The notes beneath the pieces were generated by a model. The model saw only the letters and a list, made by a program, of their open reading frames with translations. It did no database searches and was not told where the DNA came from. Of a DNA stretch of 64,000 bases, positions 51,061 to 61,800 are shown piece by piece (the stretch's first letter is position 1; each line of letters begins with the position of its first letter). The position numbers and the translations under genes are program-made. The DNA is from an uncultured Gemmatimonadales bacterium. Lineage in GTDB: Bacteria > Gemmatimonadota > Gemmatimonadetes > Gemmatimonadales > GWC2-71-9. The stretch is taken from contig CAVSQW010000003.1 in NCBI GenBank assembly GCA_963730185.1, positions 1 to 64,000 on the forward strand, written 5' to 3'.

Positions 51061-52797
51061 ATGAGGCGTGGCTCCTGGCAGCTCTCGGTCGGCGTGGGCA
51101 CGGTGCTCGCGGCTTGTGGCGGGTCGCCGACCGGGGTGGTTCCGCCGCCCCCTCCGCCCCCTCCCGCGGCGCTCGACTGTAGCTCGGCGACGCCTCTCCA
51201 GCTCTCCCTCGGTGAGCACCAGGTGGTCGATCCGGCCGGCAGCGACGGCTGCGTCCGGGTGCCGGCCGCCGGCGCCAACGGGGCGGAGTACGTGGTGGTC
51301 GTCGCGTCGACGGCGTCGAACCGGACCCAGAACGGAGTCAGCGGACCGTACGTGATCAAGGCCGGGAATCCGGGCGCCGCCTCGGCGCCGGCCGCGACGC
51401 CCTCGTTCGAGGTCGGGGACATCATCACCCCGGCGCCGACGGCCCAGCAGCAGTTCCATGACATGCTTCGGGCCCGCGAGGCGGAGCTTTCCCGGGATCG
51501 CGCCAACTTCGTCGTCTCGCCGCCCCAGGCCGCCACGATGGCCGCGCCGACGCCCCCGGTGGTCGGCGACGTCCGCACCTTCAAGACCTGCGCCAACCTG
51601 ACCTGCACCAGCTTTGCGGACGTCACGGCCACCGCCCGCTACGTGGGCACCAAGGCCGCCATCTACATGGACAACACCGTCCCCCAGAACGACACCCTCC
51701 AGGCGCCCGACTACGTCGACCTGGGGACGACCTTCGACACCTATCACTATCCGATCGACAACGCCGCGTTTGGGGCCGAGTCCGACGTGGACGGCAACGA
51801 ACGGATCGTGATCCTGATGACGGACGCGGTCAACGCGTTGACGCCGGACTGCACCAACGGCCGGGTGCTGGGATACTTCTTCGGCCTCGACCTGACCCTG
51901 TCCGGAAGCCAATCGGCCAACTCGAACAAGGCCGAGATCTTCTACACCTTTGTCCCGGCACCCGCCAAGGGCAACTGCCAGGAAATCAGCAGATCCGCGA
52001 CCCTGAGCGCCATCAAGCCGACTCTGATCCACGAATTCCAGCACATGATCAGCTGGAACCAGCACGTCCTGGTCCGGGGCGGGTCGTCGGAGGAGACCTG
52101 GCTCAACGAGGCTCTGTCGCACTTCGCCGAGGAGCTGGGGGGGCGGGAGATCCCAGCTCAGGAATGCCCGTCACCGGTGCCTGGGCGGGACCCTTCGTGT
52201 CGGAGCCAGTACATTTCGTCAGACATCGTAAACGCCTATCAGTATCTACAGAGTCCCGAAAGCGATTTCCTGGTTTATCCGATCTCGTCCCAGGGCACGT
52301 TGCCGGAGCGGGGAGCCAGCTGGCTGTTTCTTCGGTGGCTGGTGGATCACTTCGCCCAGGATACGATCATCGGCAACGACTTCACCACCCGGATCGTCGA
52401 GACGCCGAACACCGGGGCGGCCAATCTGATCGCCGCTACCGGGGAGACCTTCGCGCGGATGGTCGTGGAGTGGCAGCTCGCGAACTATCTGGATGACGAC
52501 AGCACCATCACCGCCCCGCTTTCGGACCGGCTTCGCTTCAAGAGCTGGGGTCTTCGGAGCATCTGGCTCGATTCGCGGAACGCGCAGATCTTCCCCAACG
52601 GCTTTCCGCTCCAGCCCGACGTGGTGAGCGGGTCGTACACCCACAGCGGCAGCCTCAAGGCGGGGAGCGGCCGCCACCTCCGGCTGGTCCAGGCCGCCAA
52701 CGGCCCGGCGATCGACGTCCAGGTCAGGAAGAACGCGGCCGGCGACCCGCTCGATCCGGCGCTCGCGGCTCGGATCGGGATCGTGAGGATCCATTAG
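51061..52797 (+). CDS. Lipoprotein zinc metallopeptidase (M30-like gluzincin)
   Basis: Lipobox LAAC, poly-Pro linker, HEFQH and downstream WLNEALS. Confidence 0.8.
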   Translation: MRRGSWQLSVGVGTVLAACGGSPTGVVPPPPPPPPAALDCSSATPLQLSLGEHQVVDPAGSDGCVRVPAAGANGAEYVVVVASTASNRTQNGVSGPYVIKAGNPGAASAPAATPSFEVGDIITPAPTAQQQFHDMLRAREAELSRDRANFVVSPPQAATMAAPTPPVVGDVRTFKTCANLTCTSFADVTATARYVGTKAAIYMDNTVPQNDTLQAPDYVDLGTTFDTYHYPIDNAAFGAESDVDGNERIVILMTDAVNALTPDCTNGRVLGYFFGLDLTLSGSQSANSNKAEIFYTFVPAPAKGNCQEISRSATLSAIKPTLIHEFQHMISWNQHVLVRGGSSEETWLNEALSHFAEELGGREIPAQECPSPVPGRDPSCRSQYISSDIVNAYQYLQSPESDFLVYPISSQGTLPERGASWLFLRWLVDHFAQDTIIGNDFTTRIVETPNTGAANLIAATGETFARMVVEWQLANYLDDDSTITAPLSDRLRFKSWGLRSIWLDSRNAQIFPNGFPLQPDVVSGSYTHSGSLKAGSGRHLRLVQAANGPAIDVQVRKNAAGDPLDPALAARIGIVRIH

Positions 52798-52888
52798 GGG
52801 CGCTCAGACGGGCGGGCGGCCAGCCGGGCAGAGGCGTTCGACCCGGCCTCTTGGTGGATCGGGGGGCCGGTTCGATCTTTCCGGGACC

Positions 52889-53773
52889 ATGCATCGGCTG
52901 TTCGCGCTCGTCCTCGTCGGCTCGACGGCGGTCGGCTCCGGGCTCGAGGCCCAGGAGCGGCCGCTGCCGGCCGTGCTGTCGTATCCGGCCAACGTGCGGT
53001 CGGCAGGGTTGGCGGGCGCGGGGGCGGCCATGATCGGCTACGCGGGATCGGTGTTCAACAACCCCTCGGGCCTGGCCCCGATCCGGAGCCTGAGCGTCGA
53101 GGCCGCGCTGGCCCAACGCCCCGACGGCCCGACCTACACCATGGGCGCCGCGGCCGTCCGCGTGGGCTCGTTCAACGTCGGGGGCGGCTACCAATACCTT
53201 CGGTTTCCGAAGGGCGGCCCCGTGTACGACAACCTCTCCTGGACCGGCGCGCTGGTGTACCGCTGGAGCGGGATCGCCTTCGGCTCGGCGGCCCAGTACG
53301 TGTCGGTGGAAGACTCCTCCGGTGCCATCAGTCGGGCGATCACCAGCGACCTCAGCACCACGGTCGCCTTCTTCGACATCGCGGCCCTGGCCCTGAGCGT
53401 CCAGAACGTCGGCGACGTGACCATTTCCAACCCCGGGCTCCGGTTGCCGCGGACCGTCCACCTGGGGTTCAGTCTGAACTTGCTCGACACCTACTCCAAC
53501 GGCCGGCTTCTCGCCACGATCGAAACGGTCTGGCGTCAGGGCGAGGAGCGGCGCACCGTCGTCGGGGTGGAGGCGGGGGCCGTCTTCTACGGTCTCGGCG
53601 TGGTCGCGCGGGTCGGGACCGGTGGGGAGCCGGGCACGCCGGTCACCCCGTTCTCCACCACCACCTACGGCGGCAGCATCGTTGCCGGCAAGGCGCGGCT
53701 CGACTACGCCTATCAGAAGCAGAGCGCCCTCGGCCGAGGCGTGCATCTCTTCGGTATCCGCTGGACGCCGTGA
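52889..53773 (+). CDS. PorV/PorQ-like (FadL superfamily) outer-membrane protein
   Basis: Signal peptide, RSAGLAGA..SVFNNPSGLA plug motif, and LDYAY..HLFGIRW terminus. Confidence 0.65.
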   Translation: MHRLFALVLVGSTAVGSGLEAQERPLPAVLSYPANVRSAGLAGAGAAMIGYAGSVFNNPSGLAPIRSLSVEAALAQRPDGPTYTMGAAAVRVGSFNVGGGYQYLRFPKGGPVYDNLSWTGALVYRWSGIAFGSAAQYVSVEDSSGAISRAITSDLSTTVAFFDIAALALSVQNVGDVTISNPGLRLPRTVHLGFSLNLLDTYSNGRLLATIETVWRQGEERRTVVGVEAGAVFYGLGVVARVGTGGEPGTPVTPFSTTTYGGSIVAGKARLDYAYQKQSALGRGVHLFGIRWTP

Positions 53774-54858
53774 CCGGGAAACGGATCCTCATGGGCATCC
53801 TCGTGGCGGCCGTGCTGCTGTTCGCCGGGTTCGGCACGGCCTACGTAGCCAGCGCCGACGTGCGGTACCTGACTCGGGCGGGGCTGGAGCAGACCCGGAT
53901 CCTCGAGCGGCGGGAGCCCCTCGAGCACCTGGTCGACGACCCCGCCCTCCCGGCCGCCGACCGGGCCTACCTCCGGCTGGTGATGGACGTCCGGACCCAC
54001 GCCGCCGGTCTCGGTCTCAAGGCGGGCGACACCTACACCACTTATACGGACGTAGGCCGGGATACCCTGCTGCTCTCGCTCACCGCCTCCAAGCGGGACT
54101 GCATCTGCCCCAAGACCTGGAAGTACCCGATCGTGGGCCGGGTGCCGTACAAGGGTTTCTTCGATCCGGCCATGGGCGAGAAGGAAGCCGAGAAGCTGCG
54201 GGATCAGGGCGACGACGTCTGGCTCCGCCCCGCGGCCGCCTACTCGACCCTCGGCTGGTTCAACGACCCGCTGCTCTCGACCGCCATGGTGCGCGACTCG
54301 GTCGAGCTGGCGGCGCTCGTGTTTCACGAGATCGCCCACAACACCCTCTACGTGAAGAGCGCCACGCCCTTCAACGAGAGCTTCGCGCAGCTGGTGGGCT
54401 ACCGGGCGGCGGAGCAGTTCTTCCGCCAGCGGGGCGACACCGCGCTGGCCGATCGGGCCGCGAACCGGTGGCTCGACGAGGTCGTCCTGGCCGGCTACTA
54501 CAAGCGGTTGATCGACACCCTCACGGTCTTCTACGACACCAAGCCGAAAGGTCGGGCGCTGGAGGACGGGCGGAACCGGATCGCGGCGTGGTCCCGGCAG
54601 GAGCTCCAGGACGTCTACGGCCCCCGGCTCAGGACTTACCGGATCGGGCGGCTCACGGATCGGCCGCTCAACAACGCCCAGCTGGTGGGGGTGCTGATCT
54701 ACCGCACCCATCTGGATTGGTTCGAGCGCTGGTACCAGGCCAACCACGACGACATCGCGGCGGCGGTGGCCAAGCTCCGGACCGTGGAAGAGGGTGCCTC
54801 GGGTGACGAGGCGTTCGCCCGGCTGGACCGAGCCCTCGCCGCCGACTCGACGTCCTAG
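53770..54858 (+). CDS. Putative zinc aminopeptidase
   Basis: VPYKGFF, AYSTLGWFNDP, FHEIAH and FNESFA. Confidence 0.85.
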   Translation: MTGKRILMGILVAAVLLFAGFGTAYVASADVRYLTRAGLEQTRILERREPLEHLVDDPALPAADRAYLRLVMDVRTHAAGLGLKAGDTYTTYTDVGRDTLLLSLTASKRDCICPKTWKYPIVGRVPYKGFFDPAMGEKEAEKLRDQGDDVWLRPAAAYSTLGWFNDPLLSTAMVRDSVELAALVFHEIAHNTLYVKSATPFNESFAQLVGYRAAEQFFRQRGDTALADRAANRWLDEVVLAGYYKRLIDTLTVFYDTKPKGRALEDGRNRIAAWSRQELQDVYGPRLRTYRIGRLTDRPLNNAQLVGVLIYRTHLDWFERWYQANHDDIAAAVAKLRTVEEGASGDEAFARLDRALAADSTS

Positions 54859-57800
54859 ACCGCCACGCCGGTCAGGGCGTCCTCGACCCGCCGGAGCAGC
54901 TCGGCCGGGGTGAAGGGCTTCCGCACCACCGACGGGGTGTCCGGATCGGCCAGCCCGTTCCGGCCCAGGACACCGTCCGTGTGCCCCGACATGAACAGGA
55001 CCCTGGTGCCGGCGCGAACCGCGGTGATCTTCGCGGCGACCTGCCGGCCGTTGAGCCCCGGCATGATCATGTCGCTGAGCAGCAGGTCGATCGGGTCGGG
55101 GAACCGCCCGGCGAGCGCGAGGGCCTCGTCGCCGTCGCGCGCCTCGAGGACCTGATACCCCGCGCGCGCCAGGGTCCGGCAGACCAGCTGGCGGACGCCC
55201 TCCTCGTCTTCGACGACCATGACGACCCGTCCGCTGGACGGGGTCGGCGGCCGGGGCGGCCGGGCGTCCGGCAGGGTCGGCATCGGGCGGGGCGCCGTCG
55301 CTCGCGGCAGGTGGAGCCGGAAGATGGTGCCCTGACCGGCGTCGCTCTCGACGGCGATGTGCCCGCCGTTCTGCTTCACGATCCCGTACACCATCGCCAG
55401 TCCCAACCCGGTGCCCTTGCCGACGCCCTTGGTCGTGAAGAACGGCTCGAAGAGCCGGGCCCGGGTGTTGGCGTCCATCCCTTGGCCGGTGTCCGACACC
55501 CGGAGCATCACGTACTCGCCGGCCGGGACATCCTCGGCCAGCGAGTCCGTGGCCGTGATCAGCTCGGTGCCGATCGCGAGCCGTCCGCCGCCCGGCATGG
55601 CGTCGCGGGCGTTGACGGCCAGGTTGAGGAGGATCTGATCGAGCTGACCGTGGTCGGCCAGCACCCAGGCGGCCTCCGGCGCCAGCTGGAGGTCGACCTC
55701 GATGTCGGAGCCCAGGACCCGCTGGAGCATCCGGACGGCCTCGGCGCAGATCACGTTCAGGTCGATGGTGCGACGCTTGGCCAGTTGTTGCCGGCTGAAA
55801 GCCAGGAGCTGCGCCACGAGCGACGTGGCCCGGTCAGCGGCGCGCTGGATCTCGGAGAGGTCGGCCTGGATCGGATGCTCCCGGTCCAGGGTGCCGGTCG
55901 CGAATTCGGCATGGCCCACCATCACGGTCAGCAGGTTGTTGAAGTCGTGGGCGATCCCACCGGCGAGCCGGCCCACCGCCTCCATCTTCTGCGCCTGGCG
56001 GAGCTGCTGCTCCAGGCGCTGTTCGGTCTCCCGGGCCCGCTTCGCCTCGGTGATGTTGGTGAGCGATCCCACGATCGCGACCGTTCGGCCGTCCTTCACG
56101 ACCGGCGCCTCGTTGACCTCGACCCAGATCGGTCGGCCGCCCCCGCCCACCAGCTCGAGCTCGTAGGGCGGTTGCTTCTCCCCGGTCCGGATCGCCCGCT
56201 GGGTGGCGTCGACGCCCGCTTGGTTGGCCGGGTGCCGGGTCAGGAGGGTGGTCCACCGGCCGGCGAGCTCGTCCGGATCCAGCCCGAAGAACTGCCGAGC
56301 CTGGGGGCTCACGTAGGTGAGGACGTTGTCGGGCGTGTGGGCGTAGAAGAGATTGGTGGTGTTGCTGAGCACCTCTTCGAGCCGCTGCTGCTGCCGCCGG
56401 GCCGCTTCCTCCGCCGCGATCCGCTCGGCCACTTCGCGCTCGAGCTCCACGTTCTTGGTGGCCAGGAGCACCGTGTGCTGCGCCACCAGGGTCTCCAGCC
56501 GTCGGTTGTCCCGCTGGAGGTGACGCTGCCGGAGCCAGGGGATCAGCGCGGCCGTGCCGGCCAAGGCCAGCCCGAGGAGGACTCGAAACCACCAGGTCTG
56601 CCAGAAGGCCGGCCGGACCACGAAGTCGAAGGCGGCCGGGGTCGGGCTGGTGAGGCCGTCGGCGTCGACGGCATTGACCTCAAAGGTGTAGTGTCGGGGC
56701 TCGAGGCCGCCGAAGCTGAGGCTCCGCTCGGGGGTCAGCTCGGACCACGCTTCGTCGGTGGGAAGCAGGCGATAGCGGAAGCGGAGCCTGCCGGGATCGC
56801 GGAAGCTGGGTGAGACGTACTGGATCCGAAGCACTCCACTCCGGAGCGACAGAGCCGAGCCGGAGGCCACCGGCCGGCCGCCGATCGACGCGCCGGCCAC
56901 GTAGATCGGTGGCGGGACGGCCAGCGACGGCCCCGGGGCGTGGTGGTACCGGAGCACCCCCGACCCGGTGCCGAACCAGAGGTCGCCCTGCGGGTCTTCC
57001 CATGACGCCCCGGCGCTGCCCTCCAGGTCGATCAGGCCGTCGGCCCGCCCGAAGTGCTCGAAGGTGGTGCCGACCAGCCGGTCCAGACCCTGGCTGGTGA
57101 AGAGCCAGATCGCCCCGTCGCGGTCGGGAAGTACCTGCCAGACGAAGTCGTTGACCAGCCCGTTCGCGGCGGTCAGCTGTCGCACGGCCCCGCGGTCGTT
57201 CACCGCCAGCACGCCGTCGCCGTTGGTGCCGATCCACATCACCCCGGCCGAGTCGGCCGCCATGGCCCAGATCGGCTGGTCGGAGAGGCCGTCAGCCGCG
57301 TCCAGCCGCTGGGACGTTCCGTCTGGGTCGCGGACCACCAGGCCACCCGACCGGCGCCCGACCCAGAGCCGACCCCGGTGATCGTAGGCCAGGGCGGTGA
57401 CGAAGGCCCGACCGAGGACCGAGTCGGTCACGGTGGTGACCCGGCCGCGATCGTAGCGCGCCAGACCGGCGGCCGTCCCGATCCAGACGCCGCCGGCTGG
57501 GTCGGCCACCAGGCTGGTGACGAACTCGTCCGGCAACCCGTCGCGACGGTGGTACACCTGGCGCACCCCGCCGTCGGATCGCGCCAGGCCCTGGCGCGAT
57601 CCGATCAGCAGGCCCCCGTCCGGGAGCGCGGCCAGGGCGTAGATTCGCTGGTCGGGCAGGCCGCGGATCGGAACCGCTCGGAAGCCGTTGTTCTCGCGAA
57701 CCGCGATCCCGTCCCGGGTCGCGACCCACATCCGCCCGGCCCGGTCGGCGGTAATCGCTCTGACGAAGGCGTGGGGAAGACCTTCGCGGGTCGTGAATTG

Positions 57801-58775
57801 CTCGAACCCGCCGGGTCGGTACTTGCTGAGTCCGGTCTCGGTGCCGAGCCACACGTTCCGTTCCCGATCGACGACGACCGCGTTGACCGCGTTGTCCGGG
57901 AGTCCGTTGCTTCGGGTCAGGAGCTGAGGGCCGGCCGCGGCCAGGCGGAGCACGCCGTTCCGGGTCGCGATCCAGAGGGTTCCGTCGCGGCTTCGCGCGG
58001 CGTCGACCGGCTCGAGCTCGTCGAGCCGGTCCGCTCCGGGGACCGGGGTCAGCCGATCGCCCGCGAGGACGAACAGCCCGTGCCCGGTGCCGACCAGCAG
58101 GCCGTCGGGGGTCGGCCGAAGCACGTGAATCGACTGGCCCCGAAGCTCGGGGTGGTCGTCGGTGACGAACCGGGCCCCGTCGAGGCGGGCCAGGCCGGCG
58201 GCGGTGCCGACCCAGAGGCGGCCCCGGCGGTCGCGCGCCACCCGAGCCACCTGGCGGGCCGGCAACCCGTCACGGACCGTGTAGGCCGTAACCCGGTCCC
58301 GGTCGTCCACGAAGGCCAGGCCGCCGTCGGTCGCCACCCAGAATCCACCCGGCTCCGGCAGCAAGTCGGCCACGTCCTGGTTGGGGAGGCCCGCCTGGGT
58401 GCCCAGACAGGAGAACGCCTGGGCCCGTCGGATGCAGACCCCGCCGCCAATCGTCCCCACCAGGAGTCGGCCTTGCCGGTCCTCGGCAATGGCCGCCACG
58501 GCCGTGGCGGAGAGCCCGTCCCGTCGGGTCCAGGTTTGGAAGCTGGTGCCGTCGAACCGGGTCAGCCCGCCGTAGGTTCCGAGCCAGATGAAGCCCAGGT
58601 GGTCCTGGTGGAGCGCCAGGACCTGGGCTTGGGGGATGCCTTGCGCCGCGTCGTAGTTGACGAAGTTGAGGACCTGGGCGGCGAGCACGGCCGGTGCCCC
58701 GGCCTGGAGCAGACCGGCGATCGCCACCCACAGGGTAGCGCGGCCCTGCGGTCCTCGTCGTTTCGTTCGCGTCAT
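54855..58775 (-). CDS. Hybrid sensor histidine kinase (Reg_prop propeller, Y_Y_Y, TM, PAS, HisKA, HATPase, REC)
   Basis: Repeated D..G.LWVGT blades, AHDFNNLL, NARDAM, FEPFFTTK..GTGLGL and SDMIMP. Confidence 0.93.
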   Translation of the reverse strand: MTRTKRRGPQGRATLWVAIAGLLQAGAPAVLAAQVLNFVNYDAAQGIPQAQVLALHQDHLGFIWLGTYGGLTRFDGTSFQTWTRRDGLSATAVAAIAEDRQGRLLVGTIGGGVCIRRAQAFSCLGTQAGLPNQDVADLLPEPGGFWVATDGGLAFVDDRDRVTAYTVRDGLPARQVARVARDRRGRLWVGTAAGLARLDGARFVTDDHPELRGQSIHVLRPTPDGLLVGTGHGLFVLAGDRLTPVPGADRLDELEPVDAARSRDGTLWIATRNGVLRLAAAGPQLLTRSNGLPDNAVNAVVVDRERNVWLGTETGLSKYRPGGFEQFTTREGLPHAFVRAITADRAGRMWVATRDGIAVRENNGFRAVPIRGLPDQRIYALAALPDGGLLIGSRQGLARSDGGVRQVYHRRDGLPDEFVTSLVADPAGGVWIGTAAGLARYDRGRVTTVTDSVLGRAFVTALAYDHRGRLWVGRRSGGLVVRDPDGTSQRLDAADGLSDQPIWAMAADSAGVMWIGTNGDGVLAVNDRGAVRQLTAANGLVNDFVWQVLPDRDGAIWLFTSQGLDRLVGTTFEHFGRADGLIDLEGSAGASWEDPQGDLWFGTGSGVLRYHHAPGPSLAVPPPIYVAGASIGGRPVASGSALSLRSGVLRIQYVSPSFRDPGRLRFRYRLLPTDEAWSELTPERSLSFGGLEPRHYTFEVNAVDADGLTSPTPAAFDFVVRPAFWQTWWFRVLLGLALAGTAALIPWLRQRHLQRDNRRLETLVAQHTVLLATKNVELEREVAERIAAEEAARRQQQRLEEVLSNTTNLFYAHTPDNVLTYVSPQARQFFGLDPDELAGRWTTLLTRHPANQAGVDATQRAIRTGEKQPPYELELVGGGGRPIWVEVNEAPVVKDGRTVAIVGSLTNITEAKRARETEQRLEQQLRQAQKMEAVGRLAGGIAHDFNNLLTVMVGHAEFATGTLDREHPIQADLSEIQRAADRATSLVAQLLAFSRQQLAKRRTIDLNVICAEAVRMLQRVLGSDIEVDLQLAPEAAWVLADHGQLDQILLNLAVNARDAMPGGGRLAIGTELITATDSLAEDVPAGEYVMLRVSDTGQGMDANTRARLFEPFFTTKGVGKGTGLGLAMVYGIVKQNGGHIAVESDAGQGTIFRLHLPRATAPRPMPTLPDARPPRPPTPSSGRVVMVVEDEEGVRQLVCRTLARAGYQVLEARDGDEALALAGRFPDPIDLLLSDMIMPGLNGRQVAAKITAVRAGTRVLFMSGHTDGVLGRNGLADPDTPSVVRKPFTPAELLRRVEDALTGVAV

Positions 58776-58880
58776 CCGCTCCCCCACGGCGGCGCCCCGG
58801 CCGGCTCCACGATGAGCCAGCCGGTGTCAGCACCCCATGTCCCAAGTATCGGCAGGGGAAGAGGTTTGTTTATCGGGGGG

Positions 58881-61800
58881 TTATCGAGCGGTTGTCGATG
58901 GTGGTCTGGAAGTCGGCGAGGGGGCTGGGGCGCCGGGGGGCGGGGCGGCCGCCGGCTCGGCCGGCTGGCGGAGTTCGGCCAGCCGAGCCTGGTAGCGGGC
59001 TACGCCGGCCAGCTTGACGGATTCGTAGCCCCGAATCAGGTCGGGGAGCGAGGCCACGGCGACGGCGTGCTCATAGCGGTCCTTGGCCAGGCTCGCGACC
59101 GTGTCGTCGATCAAGGCGCGATACTCGCCGACCAAGCGGCGCTCCAGCTTCCGGATCGGATGGTAGCCGAAGGGGTCGAACGGGGTTCCCCGGAGCCCGC
59201 GGAGGCGGCGGAGCAGGCCGAGCGGGAAGTCGAACCACCGGCCGAGGGCGAGCTTCCGCTTGAGGCCGAGGCCCCGGAGCAGCGGCGGGTGGAAGCGGTA
59301 GGCCCGATCGGCTCCGGCGCCGAACCGGTTTGTGAGCTCCCGCCGGAACCCGGGGTCGAAGGCCAGCCGGGCTACCTCGTACTCATCCTTGTAGGCCATC
59401 AGCTGGTACAGGTACCGGGCGACCGCCCGGCTCAGTCGGAAGTCGGTCCCGAGCTCGCGTTCCCGGGCGGCCACCCGGCCGACCAGCTCGGTGTACTGCC
59501 GGGCATAGCCGGCGTTCTGGTAGGCGATGAGGTCGGGCACCCGGACTCGGAGCAATCGCGCCAGCTCGCCGGTGGCGCCGATCGGATCGATCAGGGCCTT
59601 CGCGTCGGGACCGGGCTCGGGCTCGGGTGGGGCGGTGTCGCTGGCGGTTCCGCCCAGGGTGTCGGTCCAGGTCGGATCAATCGCCACCTGTCGCCCGACC
59701 CGGAAGGCCTGGACGTTCATCGCCACGGCGGTGCCGTTGAGCTCGATCGCCCGCTCGATGCTCGCCGCGGAGAGCGGCACCAGCCCTAGTTGGTAGGCGG
59801 CGCCCACGACCACCAGATTGGCCGGGAAGTGCGAGCCGAAGCACCGGTCGGCCAGCGTTTCGGCGTCGAGGTACAGGTTCCGGGCGGCGTCGGTGACGGC
59901 GTCGATCCGCTGGTGCAACGCGGAGTCGGCCGGGAACTCGACCGCCCGGTTCCGGACCATGAGCCCGGTGGGTACGTGGCTCGACGAGATCACCCCGACC
60001 GTGCGATCGGGACGGGCCCGGGTCAGGTGACGGGCGTCGCTCGCCGTCAGCACGTCGAACGCCAGGTAGGCATCGGCGGCGCCCACGCCCACCTTGTTGG
60101 ACGACTGGTGGGCTCCCGCGGTGATCTTGCAGTGGGAGACGACGGCGCCGCCCTTCTGACTGAGACCGGTCTGGTCGAGGCAGCGGGCCCACTTGCCGTC
60201 GAGCAGCGCCGCGGTTCCCAGGATCTGGTTCACGGTCACCACGCCGGTCCCGCCGATGCCCATCAGATAGAGACTGCCCTCCGCCGGGGCCGGCCGCTCG
60301 GGCTCGGGCAGGTCGGGACCGATCGTAACCCGGGACGCCGGCCGGTTCCGGCCGACGGTCGGATCGGGCGTCACCGTGACGAAGGCCGGACAGTCGCCCT
60401 CGAGGCAGGAGTAGTCGGTGTTGCACGACGACTGGTGGATCCGGGTCTTCCGGCCGAACTCGGTCGCCACCGGTTGGACGCTGAGGCAGTTCGACTTGAC
60501 GCCGCAGTCGCCGCATCCCTCGCAGATCCGCTCGTTGATCACCACCCGCATCGGGCGTTCGGGCGCCAGCCCTCGCTTCCGGAGCCGGCGGAGGTCGGCG
60601 GCGCAGTGCTGGTCGTAGATCAGGGCCGTCACCCCGGACATCTCGCGGAGGAGGCGCTGGGCCTCGTCGAGCCGCTCGCGGGGCCAGACCTCCACGCCGG
60701 GCGCCAGGGTCACGCCATCGTACCGCTCCGGCTCGTCGCTCAGCACCAGGGTGCGGCGAACCCCCTCGGCCTCGAGCTCCCGGGTCAGCGCCGGCACCCC
60801 GAGACCGCCGTCGACCGGCTGGCCGCCGGTCATCGCGACCGCGCCGTTGTAGAGAATCTTGTAGGTGACGTTGCTGCCGGCCGCCACCGACTGGCGGATC
60901 GCCAGCGACCCCGAGTGGAAGAGGGTGCCGTCGCCGATGTTCTGGAAGAGGTGCGGCGTCTCGGTAAAGGGCGCGATGCCCACCCACTGCGCTCCTTCAC
61001 CGCCCATCTGGGTGAAGCCGGCGCCGCTCCGCTCCATCGTGACGGCCATGCCGTGGCAGCCGATCCCCACCGCGGCGATCGACCCGTCGGGAACGACGGT
61101 CGAACGGTTGTGCGGACAGCCGGAGCAGAAGTACGCCAGCCGCTGCGCCGTCAGCCCCATCGGCTGGACGCTCGGGGGAACGACGGGGGCGAGCCGCGCC
61201 AGCCGGGCGTCGAGATCCTCGGCAGCGAGACGCTGGGCCAGCCGTCGGGCGAGGAGCGGCGCGATCACGTCGGCCTCGAGCTCGCCGTGGGCCGGAATGA
61301 GTCGCCCGCCCAGGTCGTCGGCCTTGCCGACCACCCGGGGGCGTTCGGTCTGGTGGTAGAGCGCGTCGCGAAGGAAGACCTCCAGGAAGGGCCGCTTCTC
61401 CTCGACCACCACGATCTCCTCCAGCCCCCGGGCGAACTCGCGGACCACGCCGGGCTCGAGCGGATAGAGCATGCCCACCCGGAGCAGCCGGATCCCGACC
61501 CGCTCCAGACCGGCGTCGTCGAAGCCGAGGCGGTGGAGCGCTTCCCGGACGTCGAGATAGGTCTTGCCGGCGGCGGCGATGCCCAGCCACGCGCCCGGCG
61601 ACGAGACGGTGATCCGATTGAGGCCGTTCGCGGCGGCGAACCGCCGGGCCGCTTCGAGCTTGCCCTCGAATTGCTCCTCCTCCAGGGCCAGGTTGTACGG
61701 GGGGTAGAGCGCCTGGTTCTGGGTCGGCTGCCAGGGCTGGCCGCGGTACTCGAAGTCGGGGCGGATGAAGCGTCCCTGTTCCGCCGACACGGCAACCGTC

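Noticed and set aside
56900..58650. Periodic repeats suggesting CRISPR or a DNA repeat array
   Set aside because: These are protein-level beta-propeller blades of the sensor kinase. No identical direct repeats with spacers were seen anywhere in the window.
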